A DNA stretch of 36,178 bases from a virus (taxonomy: Duplodnaviria; Caudoviricetes): IMG/VR virus record IMGVR_UViG_3300030372_003848, positions 1 to 36,178 of that record. The stretch is one strand, 5' to 3'. Each line of letters begins with the position of its first letter. Within the stretch, counting starts at the first letter, position 1. The notes beneath the pieces were generated by a model. That model was not told the DNA's origin. It made no database searches and worked only from the letters and a program-made list of their open reading frames with translations. Of the stretch, positions 9,626-19,243 are shown piece after piece. Made by a program: the position numbers and the translations under genes.

Positions 9626-10809
9626 ATGGCCAAAGTGACCAATGCTTAGTATCTTGAGCATTTAAAACACCGTGAATTGCTGGGAAGCCCTAACGGATAA
9701 GACGAGGGTAATCAGCAGCCAAGACAAGCAGAAATGTTTGTAAGGTTCAGAGACTAGGTTATGGAGTCCTAACGAATAAGACGAGGATGGTAAAAGCCCA
9801 AGAGCGCGGTGCAACTCTTAGAGTTGATGATATAGTCCAATCTTATAAGAAACTATAAGAAGTCATCCATAAACAGTTTGACGATAATAATAATGTCGAT
9901 ACCTATACTGCTACTGCTGACAGAGAGGCTTTGAGTGATCTGATCTATAACATTTCACCAATGTCAACTCCTGTCATGTCAGCTATTGGCCGTAATTCGG
10001 TAAAGAATGTACAATTTGATTGGCAAACTGAAGCATTACCCTCAGCATCCGCTACTGGACAGCTAGAGGGTTTTGAGCTTTCAAGAACAGCAGCGACCGC
10101 TACTGTAAGAGAAAGCAACATTTGTCAAATCTCAAGCAGAGATGCAACTGTGACAGGTTCACAGCAAGCATCAGACCCCGCTGGTAAGAAATCAGAAATG
10201 GCTCACCAACTCGCAATCATGGCAAAAGCCCTGAAACGCGACATGGAGAAAACCATTTGTGGAAACACTGCCAAAAACGCGGGCAACGCAACCACAGCAA
10301 GGCAAACGGGTGGCTTTGAAACTTGGATTGAAACCAATGTTTCCAGAGGCACAAACGGGGCTGGTGCTGGTAATGGTGCTGCACCTACAGATGGCACACA
10401 AAGAGCGTTCACAGAAACCATTTTGAAAGACGTACAACAACTTTGTTTTGACAACGGCGGCGAACCAACTATGTTGGTTGTCGGTTCTCACGTCAAAGGC
10501 GTTGTGTCTGGTTTCACTGGACGAGCTTCTGCTAGGCAAATGATCGATGCAACAGCGATCGAAGCTAGCGTGAGTGTGTATTCTGGAGACTTTGGTGAGT
10601 TGAAGGTAATGCCTTCTAACTTCAGCAGAGGCAGAACAGCACTGTTCATCGATCCTGATTTTGCAAAAGTTTCATATCTCAGAGATTTTGAAACTGTTGA
10701 CATTTCAACAATCGGTGATGCTCAAACTAAAATGTTGATAGTCGAGTACGGACTAGAGTGTTCTAATGAGAAAGCTCATGGTCTGGCTGCTGACTTATCT
10801 ACATCGTAA
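9626..10809 (+). CDS. Major capsid protein (DUF5309/SU10-like), spliced join(9626..9647,9896..10809), 311 aa
   Basis: AAGGAG RBS then ATG 9626 (MAKVTNA); removing 9648-9895 restores MAKVTNAFDTYTATADREALSDLIYNISP in frame with the 9931-10809 ORF; FDWQTE.L and KALKRDME motifs. Confidence 0.9.
9648..9895 (+). ncRNA. Group I self-splicing intron (248 nt, no ORF) in the major capsid gene
   Basis: P GAATTGCTGGGAA, Q AATCAGCAGCC, R GTTCAGAGACTA (9745-9756), S GATGATATAGTCC; P1 AAUGCUU/GAGCAUU with U9647-G9656 wobble; P3 9668-9674/9805-9811; P8 9812-9826; terminal G9895; P10 GUAUC/GAUAC. Confidence 0.93.
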
Positions 10810-10819
10810 GTGAGTAATT

Positions 10820-10848
10820 TAGTGGGGTGAGCAATCGCCCCACTATTT
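10820..10848 (+). terminator. Hairpin after the capsid gene (terminator or stabiliser)
   Basis: tagtggggtga-gcaa-tcgccccacta followed by only a short T run. Confidence 0.6.
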
Positions 10849-10852
10849 AAAA

Positions 10853-11146
10853 ATGGCAAAAATAACAACATTGGAAATAAAATCAGGCGGTCTCGTCAAT
10901 CAATTTGCAACCGAGGGCGATAACTTTGTTTATCAAACCAAGCAAGACGTGAGACCGATCATTGAACATTGCAAGGTTCTAAGCGAGCAAACACCAGGCA
11001 AAGAAATGCGCCACGTTGCCGAGATTCCAATGGTTGTTTATCAGAAAGCTATGAGAGAGGGCTGGATCAACGATAAGGCTAAAATGAAGCGTTGGCTGAA
11101 TGATCCTGACAACAAAGCGTTTCGCACTTGGCAAGGGAAAATATGA
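10853..11146 (+). CDS. Hypothetical head-module protein
   Basis: 97 aa between capsid and adaptor; stop overlaps the next ATG. Confidence 0.75.
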   Translation: MAKITTLEIKSGGLVNQFATEGDNFVYQTKQDVRPIIEHCKVLSEQTPGKEMRHVAEIPMVVYQKAMREGWINDKAKMKRWLNDPDNKAFRTWQGKI

Positions 11147-11793
11147 CATACAGTGAATTAAAAACAGCAGTTGCAAATTATCTGAATCGCAGTGATTTAG
11201 ATTCAATGATGGACACCTTCATCATACAAACCGAGGCAGAGCTGAATCGAAAGCTCAGAACAAAAGACATGGTTAAACGTGCAACCGCGACTGCCGATGC
11301 CCAATATTTAACATTACCGACAGACTGGTTAGAGGCCATCAATGTCGAAATCACAGCAAACAATTTCAGTCCATTGATGCAAATGAGCATTGAGTCTTTG
11401 GATGTTTACCGCAAAAAGAACAACAACAGCACGGGTCAACCCGTTTACTACGCCCTAGTTGATGACACCATGGAATTATGTCCTACACCTGACGGCTCAT
11501 ATACGCTACAATTAACCTACTACTCAAAAATTTCAGCACTGAGCAGCAGCAATACTTCAAACTTTGTCTCAACAAGCTATCCCGATGTTTATCTCTATGG
11601 GTGTTTACGCACTGCATCGATTTATCTTATGGAAGATGATCGCGCAGCGGGTTTCACCAATTTATTTGATAAGGCATTGGAAGAAATGAGGATGGAACAA
11701 GAACGTGCCGCCTTCGGCAAAGGATCAATGATTCCGAGGCGAAGAACTTACGGCAGAACCCAAAAACAAGTTGTTTATTGGGGCAATAATTAA
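11143..11793 (+). CDS. Head-tail adaptor / tail tubular A-like protein
   Basis: ATGA overlap; MTYSELKTAVANYLNRSDL, P.PDGSY.L.L.YY and YPDVYLYG.L motifs. Confidence 0.75.
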   Translation: MTYSELKTAVANYLNRSDLDSMMDTFIIQTEAELNRKLRTKDMVKRATATADAQYLTLPTDWLEAINVEITANNFSPLMQMSIESLDVYRKKNNNSTGQPVYYALVDDTMELCPTPDGSYTLQLTYYSKISALSSSNTSNFVSTSYPDVYLYGCLRTASIYLMEDDRAAGFTNLFDKALEEMRMEQERAAFGKGSMIPRRRTYGRTQKQVVYWGNN

Positions 11794-11809
11794 TTAAGAG
11801 GAAATAATA

Positions 11810-12205
11810 ATGGCTGGTTTTACAGACTATTTAGAAGATAAAGTTTTGGATCATGTATTCGGGGGCAGTGCTTATTCAGCACCTGGCACGCTTTATGTTG
11901 GATTATTCACAGCAGCACCATCTGATACGGGTGGCGGCACAGAGGTTTCTGGCGGTTCTTATGCTAGGAAAAGTATGGCTGCAATGACCGTTTCAGGCAC
12001 CTCACCTACTACTGCGACCAATGGGGCAGCCGTTGAGTTTGTGACTGCAACGGGTTCTTGGGGAACCATAACTCATGTGGGTATCTTTGACGCATCATCG
12101 AGTGGAAACTTAATGGCTTGGGCTGCGTTATCTGCATCAAAAGTTGTAGCTAGTGGTGATGTCATTCGTTTTGATGCTGGCGATCTTGACGTAACATTGG
12201 CGTAA
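11810..12205 (+). CDS. Small virion / tail-fibre-associated protein
   Basis: GAGG RBS; YVGLFTAAP.D.GGGTEVSGGSYAR..WGTITHVGIFDA..GN pattern seen in tail modules. Confidence 0.7.
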   Translation: MAGFTDYLEDKVLDHVFGGSAYSAPGTLYVGLFTAAPSDTGGGTEVSGGSYARKSMAAMTVSGTSPTTATNGAAVEFVTATGSWGTITHVGIFDASSSGNLMAWAALSASKVVASGDVIRFDAGDLDVTLA

Positions 12206-12209
12206 CCTC

Positions 12210-12980
12210 ATGGCCAGCGTTGGCTATGGTTTATATACCTATGGTAAGTCAAATTATGGCTCACCACAGTATGAGTTTGCGGCTGCAACCATCGCACAAA
12301 CATCTGGGCTTGATGCAACCGCCAAGCTCGACATCATTGTTTCGGCCACCAGCGCACAAACATCTGGATTTACATCTTCTGCAGAAATAGTACATCCAAT
12401 ATCTGCAACGATCGCACAAACCAGCAGCGTTGTTGCAACAGCAGAGGTGGTCAAGCCAATATCGGCTACCATTACACAAACATCAGGATTTGATGCCACA
12501 GCCAGGCAGATTGATAGAGCGCAAGCAAGCATAGATCAAACTTCTGCCATGACAGGTGCAGTTGTTCTTGTCAAACCAGTCACATCCACCATAGCCCAGA
12601 CATCGGCTATGGCTGGCACAGCAACCATTGTGCTTGATGCCATTGCATCGATGGATCAAACCTCGGCAATGACAGGAAGCGCAGTTAGAATTGCGCTTGG
12701 AACTGCCAGCATGGATCAAACCAGTGCCTTCAGTGCTGTTGCAGAAATGGTGGTGAGCGCAGTAAGCACCATTGCAGAGACAAGCGGTATGGAAGCAACA
12801 GGCGGAATACGCTTCTATGTTTCAGCCATATCTGCTCAAACATCTAGTTTTTCTGCGATAGGTGGTCTAAAATGGGAAGATCAAACTGTGACGACAACAT
12901 CTTATACAGATCAAACAGTCGCCACGACAACATGGACTGAACAGTCTCCTGATTCAACAACCTGGAACGAAGCAGCTTAA
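12210..12980 (+). CDS. Repeat-rich virion fibre protein
   Basis: GYG..YG...YG N-terminus, ten 20-aa repeats centred on (Q/E)TS, three 10-aa C-terminal repeats. Confidence 0.7.
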   Translation: MASVGYGLYTYGKSNYGSPQYEFAAATIAQTSGLDATAKLDIIVSATSAQTSGFTSSAEIVHPISATIAQTSSVVATAEVVKPISATITQTSGFDATARQIDRAQASIDQTSAMTGAVVLVKPVTSTIAQTSAMAGTATIVLDAIASMDQTSAMTGSAVRIALGTASMDQTSAFSAVAEMVVSAVSTIAETSGMEATGGIRFYVSAISAQTSSFSAIGGLKWEDQTVTTTSYTDQTVATTTWTEQSPDSTTWNEAA

Positions 12981-13022
12981 CGGCTGTTCATTTATATATT
13001 TAAAAACATAGGTAATTAGGAT

Positions 13023-14804
13023 ATGGCCGATACAACCACAACAAATTTATCACTAACTAAACCAGAGGTGGGTGCGAGTACAGATTCGTGGGGTACAAAA
13101 TTGAATTCTGACCTCGATAGCATTGATGCAATCTTCAGTGCCACTGGCACAAGCGTTGCGATGAACATCGATGGCGCAAACATAGATTCAAGCCCGATTG
13201 GTGCGAATACTGCATCGACTGGTGCGTTTACTTCACTTTCTGCGACTTTGGCATCTACGATTACAACAGCAGACAACACCGATACGCTTTCACTTATATC
13301 TACGGATGCAGATGCAGCAGCTGGCCCAAATCTTAGAATGTATCGAAACTCAGGATCACCAGCAGATGGAGACATGTTGGGTGCTATTGAGTATGAAGGT
13401 CGAAACGACAACTCGCAAGATGTCGTATATGCAGAGCTTTTTGCTGAAACTTACGATGTTTCAGATGGCACAGAAGATGGTCGATTCTTTATAAAAACAA
13501 TGGTTGGCGGAAGTTCTACCCATAGAATGTATATGAATTTCAATGAAACTAATTTCAATGAAGGTGGCGCAGACATAGATTTCCGTGTTGAAAGCAACGG
13601 CAATGCCAATATGCTTTTTGTTGATGGTGGAGAAGATAGAGTTGGAATTGGTACTGCAACTCCAGCAAAACTACTAAGTCTCTCAGAAACAGCAGATGGA
13701 ACTAAGCTCAGAATAACCAGAGGTGGGCTTTGTGAATGGGATTTTTCCATTGGAAGTACATCTACATTGACTGGTGTGGGTTCTGGTGCTTTAGAGCTTC
13801 TTCCGCAAAATGCTGGTACAACTAATGAATTTGCAATAGGCACGGCTGGTTCAACTGCACCTTTATTTCACTTAACAAATTCTCAAAATTATTTTGCGAA
13901 AAAGGTTGGAATCGGTACTGCGAGTCCAGCAAAAGAATTAGAAGTTGCTGTGACAGGTGCTAACCAAGCATCTACTGTAAGAATACAAGGCACAGATGGA
14001 AACTCTGATGGACATCCGTTGGATTTGAAAATGGATGGCGCTACAGATTCCTTTTCTATTTTAATTGGACAAGGTGGTGGCGCAACTCCTGATGTAGTTT
14101 TATTTAATGGAAATAGGAATGGAAAAGTTGGAATCGGCACCGCAAGTCCAGCAGAAATTCTAACTCTAGTCGCCTCATCAGGCGATTGTAATCTCAGAAT
14201 GGAAGGTTCAGCAGTCAGAATCAAAAAGTCAGGCGTAGATTGGCTTTCTTATGATGGTTCAAACCTTAAAATGTCTACAGGCAATAATGAGCGAGCAAGG
14301 TTTGATTCATCGGGCAATTTTATAATTAACGGCACTTCTGCTGAAGTTGCTGGCTCTTGCACATGGACAATAGGATCAAGAAACCCTGTCCAATGTTTTA
14401 ATGCAAGTGCTTATTCAGTAAATATGGAGTTTATGACTTTTAGAAATCAAGGAACTCAAATAGGCTCTATCACAGCCAGTTCTGCTAGTGCAACTTCATA
14501 CAACACATCATCAGATTACAGATTAAAAGATGTCAAAGGCTCTATTCAAAATGGATTAGAGAGAACACTAGCTTTAAACCCTGTTGAATTTACATGGAAA
14601 TCAGATGGAACAATCTCAGAGGGCTTTATCGCACATGAGGCTCAAGAAATCTTTGCTGATGCAGTCACTGGCGAAAAAGATGGTGAAGAAATGCAAGGCA
14701 TGGATTATGGAAGAATTACACCACTGCTGGTCAAAGCAATACAAGAACTCTCAGCAGAAGTTGAGCAATTAAAAAAACAAGCACACGATAAGTGCGATAA
14801 CTAA
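13023..14804 (+). CDS. Tail fibre with C-terminal intramolecular chaperone (peptidase S74-like)
   Basis: [25 protein letters not shown] anchor; VGIGTA.PA x3; [30 protein letters not shown]. Confidence 0.88.
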   Translation: MADTTTTNLSLTKPEVGASTDSWGTKLNSDLDSIDAIFSATGTSVAMNIDGANIDSSPIGANTASTGAFTSLSATLASTITTADNTDTLSLISTDADAAAGPNLRMYRNSGSPADGDMLGAIEYEGRNDNSQDVVYAELFAETYDVSDGTEDGRFFIKTMVGGSSTHRMYMNFNETNFNEGGADIDFRVESNGNANMLFVDGGEDRVGIGTATPAKLLSLSETADGTKLRITRGGLCEWDFSIGSTSTLTGVGSGALELLPQNAGTTNEFAIGTAGSTAPLFHLTNSQNYFAKKVGIGTASPAKELEVAVTGANQASTVRIQGTDGNSDGHPLDLKMDGATDSFSILIGQGGGATPDVVLFNGNRNGKVGIGTASPAEILTLVASSGDCNLRMEGSAVRIKKSGVDWLSYDGSNLKMSTGNNERARFDSSGNFIINGTSAEVAGSCTWTIGSRNPVQCFNASAYSVNMEFMTFRNQGTQIGSITASSASATSYNTSSDYRLKDVKGSIQNGLERTLALNPVEFTWKSDGTISEGFIAHEAQEIFADAVTGEKDGEEMQGMDYGRITPLLVKAIQELSAEVEQLKKQAHDKCDN

Positions 14805-14818
14805 AAGAGGAAAATTAA

Positions 14819-15163
14819 ATGGCAAATACTTACGCATGGGATTGTAAAACAGTTGACTGCTACCCGACTAAGGATTCAAAATCTGATGTCGTTTATAATG
14901 TTCACTGGCGTTTAAATGCGACCAGCGATCAAAACGATCCAGAGGGGAACCCTTATGCTGCTAGTTTCTATGGTACTCAAGGAGTATCGACCGATGATTT
15001 ATCAAATTTCAAACCTTTCGCTGATCTAACCAATGCAATTGTCACGGGTTGGGTTGAAACAGCAATGGGCGCAGATGAAGTGGCTTCTTTGAAATCGGGT
15101 TTGGATGCAAACATTGTTGATCAAATTACTCCTACGACTGAGACTAAAACAGTAGGCGGTTAG
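14819..15163 (+). CDS. Tail-fibre-associated small protein
   Basis: GAGG RBS; DVVYNVHWRL..F.PFADLT...V.GWV; follows the fibre gene. Confidence 0.7.
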   Translation: MANTYAWDCKTVDCYPTKDSKSDVVYNVHWRLNATSDQNDPEGNPYAASFYGTQGVSTDDLSNFKPFADLTNAIVTGWVETAMGADEVASLKSGLDANIVDQITPTTETKTVGG

Positions 15164-15165
15164 AA

Positions 15166-16680
15166 ATGGCCCTTATTTCCGTCACTCCCCCACCAGGTGT
15201 GGTCACTACTGGTACTGAGTATTCTGCAAAAGGAAGATGGATCGACTCAAACCTGATTCGTTTTCAAGACGGCATACTCAAAAACATCGGCGGTTGGGAA
15301 TATTTAAAGTCATCGGCTTTAACGGGTGCGCCGATTGGTTTATTCGCTTGGAAAGACAATGACGGCAATAACTTACTTGCGGTCGGAACTAGGGAAAAAG
15401 TTTATGTCTATATGGATGAAAACCTGACTTGGTACGACATCACGCCATCTGGATTCACCACTCCAAAATCAACTGACCCCTTGGGTTATGGCGCATACAA
15501 TTACAATGTCGAAGATTATGGCGATGCCAGATCGCAATCGGGTCTTTCGTTTGCCAAACACTCCTATTCCTTTGACAACTGGGGCGAGTATTTAATTTTT
15601 AACTGCTCGTCAGATGGAAAAATTTATCAATGGCGACCCGATGCGGGTTCTGGATCACCCGATGCTGCGGGTGTGGCACTCACCAATGCACCCACGGGTT
15701 GTTCTGGCGTATTGGTCAGCAATGAAAGACACATCATTGCCCTCGGTGCGGGTGGAGACCCAAGGAAAGTGCAATGGTCGTCGAGAGAAGCATCGACCAC
15801 ATGGACTGCGGCTTCCACAAACACGGCGGGCGATCTACAAGTGCCGACATCTTCTGAGCTGTTGGCGGGCGTTAAATGGCAAACCGACATGATCTTATTC
15901 ACTTCAACGGGCTTGGCTAGGCTCTATTATTCGGGCCAACCTTTCGTGTATGGCATTAACGATGCTGGTACGAACTGCAAAGCCATTTCAGCCAGATCAA
16001 TCGTACAAGCGGGCAATTTCATTGCTTGGCTTGGCGAGAAAACCATATTTCTATATGACGGCTCAGTGAGAGAAATTCCTTGCAGCGTGTCTGATTTTAT
16101 TTTCGACAACATCAACAAACAATACTCAGGTGCAGTCTGTGGCGGTCACAACAGCTCATTCAATGAGATATGGTGGTTTTTTCCAAGCGGCGACAGCAAA
16201 GTGCCAAACAAATACATTATCTGGAACTACGCCGAAAACACATTTGCCGTTGGCACACTCAGTCGCGGTTGCTATCTCGATGAAGGCATATTTGACTACG
16301 TTATTGCTTGTGACGACAGCGGAAACATTTACAAAATGGATTCGGGCAATCTATTCAACAGTCCTGGTCTTGGCAGCACAAAACCTTATGCCACATCGGG
16401 TGCGATCCAGATCGGTAAAGGCGACAATTATGTGCAATGTAATCAAATCATTCCTGATAGCGAAGCATCTACCCTACCTGGTGTCACCATTAGTTTTAAG
16501 GGCAAATATACGCCTCTGGGAGAGACGTTTGACTTCGGTTCTTTCACCTTTGAATCAGACGGTTATACCGATGCCCGATTCAATGGCAGACAGGTGATGA
16601 TGACGGTGACAGGAGACACAAATCAAGATTTTAAATTGGGCGATATACGTTTGGATGTCACCAATCGAGGCAGAAGATAA
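15166..16680 (+). CDS. Tail nozzle / DNA stabilisation protein (P22 gp10-like)
   Basis: 504 aa, beta-rich, FNEIWWFFP motif; position before the ejection proteins. Confidence 0.75.
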   Translation: MALISVTPPPGVVTTGTEYSAKGRWIDSNLIRFQDGILKNIGGWEYLKSSALTGAPIGLFAWKDNDGNNLLAVGTREKVYVYMDENLTWYDITPSGFTTPKSTDPLGYGAYNYNVEDYGDARSQSGLSFAKHSYSFDNWGEYLIFNCSSDGKIYQWRPDAGSGSPDAAGVALTNAPTGCSGVLVSNERHIIALGAGGDPRKVQWSSREASTTWTAASTNTAGDLQVPTSSELLAGVKWQTDMILFTSTGLARLYYSGQPFVYGINDAGTNCKAISARSIVQAGNFIAWLGEKTIFLYDGSVREIPCSVSDFIFDNINKQYSGAVCGGHNSSFNEIWWFFPSGDSKVPNKYIIWNYAENTFAVGTLSRGCYLDEGIFDYVIACDDSGNIYKMDSGNLFNSPGLGSTKPYATSGAIQIGKGDNYVQCNQIIPDSEASTLPGVTISFKGKYTPLGETFDFGSFTFESDGYTDARFNGRQVMMTVTGDTNQDFKLGDIRLDVTNRGRR

Positions 16681-16907
16681 TGGCAAGACAAGCACTCACA
16701 AGACCAGGCGATAATTACGACAGAGGTTATATGAATAATTTGGTCAGCGAAGTTGAATATCGAGACGGGCAATCTTTTAAAAAAGGTGAACGAATCGAAA
16801 TTGATGGCGGCGACCAAAGCGAATTAGTATTGATTAGTCCAGATGGAACCAAGTACAAACTCAGCGTTGACAACTCAGGAAATCTCTCCACGACCTCAGT
16901 CACATAG
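16680..16907 (+). CDS. Small tail protein
   Basis: TAATG coupling; L.SPDGTKYKL.VDNSGNLST motif. Confidence 0.7.
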   Translation: MARQALTRPGDNYDRGYMNNLVSEVEYRDGQSFKKGERIEIDGGDQSELVLISPDGTKYKLSVDNSGNLSTTSVT

Positions 16908-17280
16908 ACAGGCGTGGGAGAAACAATGGGAATGGTGTAAGCCATTGGTGTCATCGTGCTTAAAATATCAAGAAGAATGGGATATACTTGATGTTGAGCG
17001 TGGCATAGCAACAGGAAAGCTGATGTTATGGCCCCACCCTTTAAAAGACCAGCAATCTTGCATAATCACAGAATTGGTCGAGTTCCCACAATACCGAGCC
17101 ATGAACTTATTGTTCTTGGCTGGAAAGATGTCGGATTGTGAGGAAATACTAGAAGCAGTCACCACTTTCGCCCGCATTGCCGAGTGCAAAAAGATTTTCG
17201 GCGGTGGGAGGGTCGGATGGAGTAGATACGCAACACGACACGGATTTAAAAAAGAACACATTATAAGTAAAACATTATGA
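16843..17280 (+). CDS. Putative GNAT-like virion assembly protein (start uncertain)
   Basis: LLFLAGK..GGGRVGWSR...GF pattern; between nozzle and internal virion genes; overlaps the upstream gene by 65 nt. Confidence 0.55.
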   Translation: MEPSTNSALTTQEISPRPQSHRQAWEKQWEWCKPLVSSCLKYQEEWDILDVERGIATGKLMLWPHPLKDQQSCIITELVEFPQYRAMNLLFLAGKMSDCEEILEAVTTFARIAECKKIFGGGRVGWSRYATRHGFKKEHIISKTL

Positions 17281-18104
17281 GCAAAGGCGCAGCAACAGCA
17301 TCCACAGAACTTGATCCACAACTCAAGGAAAGATATTTAGAAGCGTACTCTGGCATTAAGAGTGCAGCAGAAATTCCATTCACGCCATACAGCGGAGACC
17401 TTGTTTCAGGATTTAATCCCGATCAAATGGACACGTTTGAAGCCACAAGAGGCATGTTTGGCGATGCCATGAGCTACAACCCAAGGGGTGAATTAGCTGG
17501 AATGGCAACTGGCCCACTGGACATCTCTCAATATCAAAACCCCTACCAGGAACAAGTCATTGATGCTTCGATCAACGATTTAAATCGTGCAAGACAACTG
17601 CAACAAATGGGCGCACAAGATCGTGCCATTCGTGCGGGTGCTTTTGGCGGTTCCAGATCGGGCATATTAGAAGCAGAAGGCGACAGAGCTTTTTATGATG
17701 CTGTCGGCAGAACTGCGGCTGGATTGAGATCACAAGGATTCGACAAAGCCAGTCAGCTCGGCATGATGGATCGTGACTATCGCAGCCAGATAACATCAGG
17801 CATGTTGGGCGATCAATACAGAACACTCGGTTTACTCGGTGGCATTGGCGGTCAACAACAAGGTCTCGGACAAGCGGGTCTCGATGCACAATTCGGTGAG
17901 TTTGCCAGAGGCGTTGATTATCCACTCAGACAAGCGGGCTTGCTCAGTTCAGCGATCTCAGGGTTGCCTTTTGAAGGAACAGAGACACAAAGGAAGTCTA
18001 CAGGATTTGGCGATGTCTTGGGCGGATTGCTCGGACTCGGTACTGCAATGGCTGTCGGTAATGTCGGGCCATTCGGTGCTGGCGGAAGGTGGGGTGGATC
18101 ATAA
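17277..18104 (+). CDS. Internal virion / DNA ejection protein
   Basis: YQNPYQEQVI..AGAFGGSR motif, G/Q/A-rich, glycine-zipper C-terminus. Confidence 0.75.
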   Translation: MSKGAATASTELDPQLKERYLEAYSGIKSAAEIPFTPYSGDLVSGFNPDQMDTFEATRGMFGDAMSYNPRGELAGMATGPLDISQYQNPYQEQVIDASINDLNRARQLQQMGAQDRAIRAGAFGGSRSGILEAEGDRAFYDAVGRTAAGLRSQGFDKASQLGMMDRDYRSQITSGMLGDQYRTLGLLGGIGGQQQGLGQAGLDAQFGEFARGVDYPLRQAGLLSSAISGLPFEGTETQRKSTGFGDVLGGLLGLGTAMAVGNVGPFGAGGRWGGS

Positions 18105-19243
18105 TGGCATACACACCTTTTAAATTTCCACAGCGAACAGCCCCCAACCAGACATTTCCAACGACACCTGGTTATTTCGGTCAACTCAATATGCCTGTGC
18201 CAACTGGCCCAGCAACGGGATATAACCCACGAGGCATGTTGCCTCTTGCAACACCCAATGCCAATGCCATGCCTAAGAATCAAAAGGCAGCAATCATCAT
18301 GGGTGCTTTGTCTGACATATTCAGAGGACAAGACCCCACGCAGAACACGGTTGTTAGGCAACAGCAAATGGTGGCTATGGATGCACAGAGAAAGGCACAG
18401 GAAAGATATGATGCGGCTTTTGCAGCAGCAAATCCTCAGATGCAAAAAATTATGGCTGGTTATACAGCTCCAGAATGGCAAACCATACAAGGGCAGTTAG
18501 ATTTACACAACTTAAAGCAGACAGGTGCTTATGCTGGTACAAGCATGGATGCACAATATTTAAATGATTTAGAGATAGGTGCTGTTGATCCTGAGTTTCA
18601 AAAAACATCGAGATACAAAGTTGCATATCAAGAGATGCACGCGCCATCAACTTATATTAACGCTGCTGGCGAGTCCGTGACTAGACCAGGATTAAGACCT
18701 GGCACATATCCTAATCCATTTGGAGATGATGAAAGCGGCACAGGCGAGGTATTCGGAATTGGCGCAGAGAGAAGAAAATTATTAAAAACCGATCTTGATA
18801 CAGTAGAGAGAGTGAGAAATGCAATCGGTGGACTAAGAGAATCTATCAATAGAATTAACCCATCTCCTTTAACTGTAGGAACAGATTTAGCAGAGATTGA
18901 CGGCAAATATAATGACCTATTACTGGTATTGAAAGATTATGCAAAGTTGGGCGTTTTAGCTGGGCCAGATTTGGACTTGTTAAATAATTGGGTTGGTGAT
19001 CCCACATCAATTAAACAGCTTTTAAAAGGCGGAGATCAAGGAACATTGGTGCAGCTCAAATCACTGGAAGATGCGGTAAGAAGATCAGAGATCACCGCGA
19101 AGAAAGAACTCGGTGAGGACATAGAGGAAGCACCAAGCCAAAACAAAAACAACATAGCCTATCTTAATGGTCAAGCTATCGTTCCAAACGCACAGGGAAC
19201 TGGTTGGGTTTATAAAGACACTGGCGAACCAGTTAATCAGTAA
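18104..19243 (+). CDS. Putative internal virion protein
   Basis: TAATG coupling at both ends; LGVLAGPDL motif; position. Confidence 0.6.
   Translation: MAYTPFKFPQRTAPNQTFPTTPGYFGQLNMPVPTGPATGYNPRGMLPLATPNANAMPKNQKAAIIMGALSDIFRGQDPTQNTVVRQQQMVAMDAQRKAQERYDAAFAAANPQMQKIMAGYTAPEWQTIQGQLDLHNLKQTGAYAGTSMDAQYLNDLEIGAVDPEFQKTSRYKVAYQEMHAPSTYINAAGESVTRPGLRPGTYPNPFGDDESGTGEVFGIGAERRKLLKTDLDTVERVRNAIGGLRESINRINPSPLTVGTDLAEIDGKYNDLLLVLKDYAKLGVLAGPDLDLLNNWVGDPTSIKQLLKGGDQGTLVQLKSLEDAVRRSEITAKKELGEDIEEAPSQNKNNIAYLNGQAIVPNAQGTGWVYKDTGEPVNQ

Noticed and set aside
9931-10809. Capsid starting at TTG 9931 as in the ORF track
   Set aside because: No properly spaced RBS; the frame is open back to 9896 and joins the RBS-supported exon at 9626 after intron removal.
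13023-14804. Diversity-generating retroelement acting on the tail fibre
   Set aside because: No reverse transcriptase, and no template/variable repeat pair seen.
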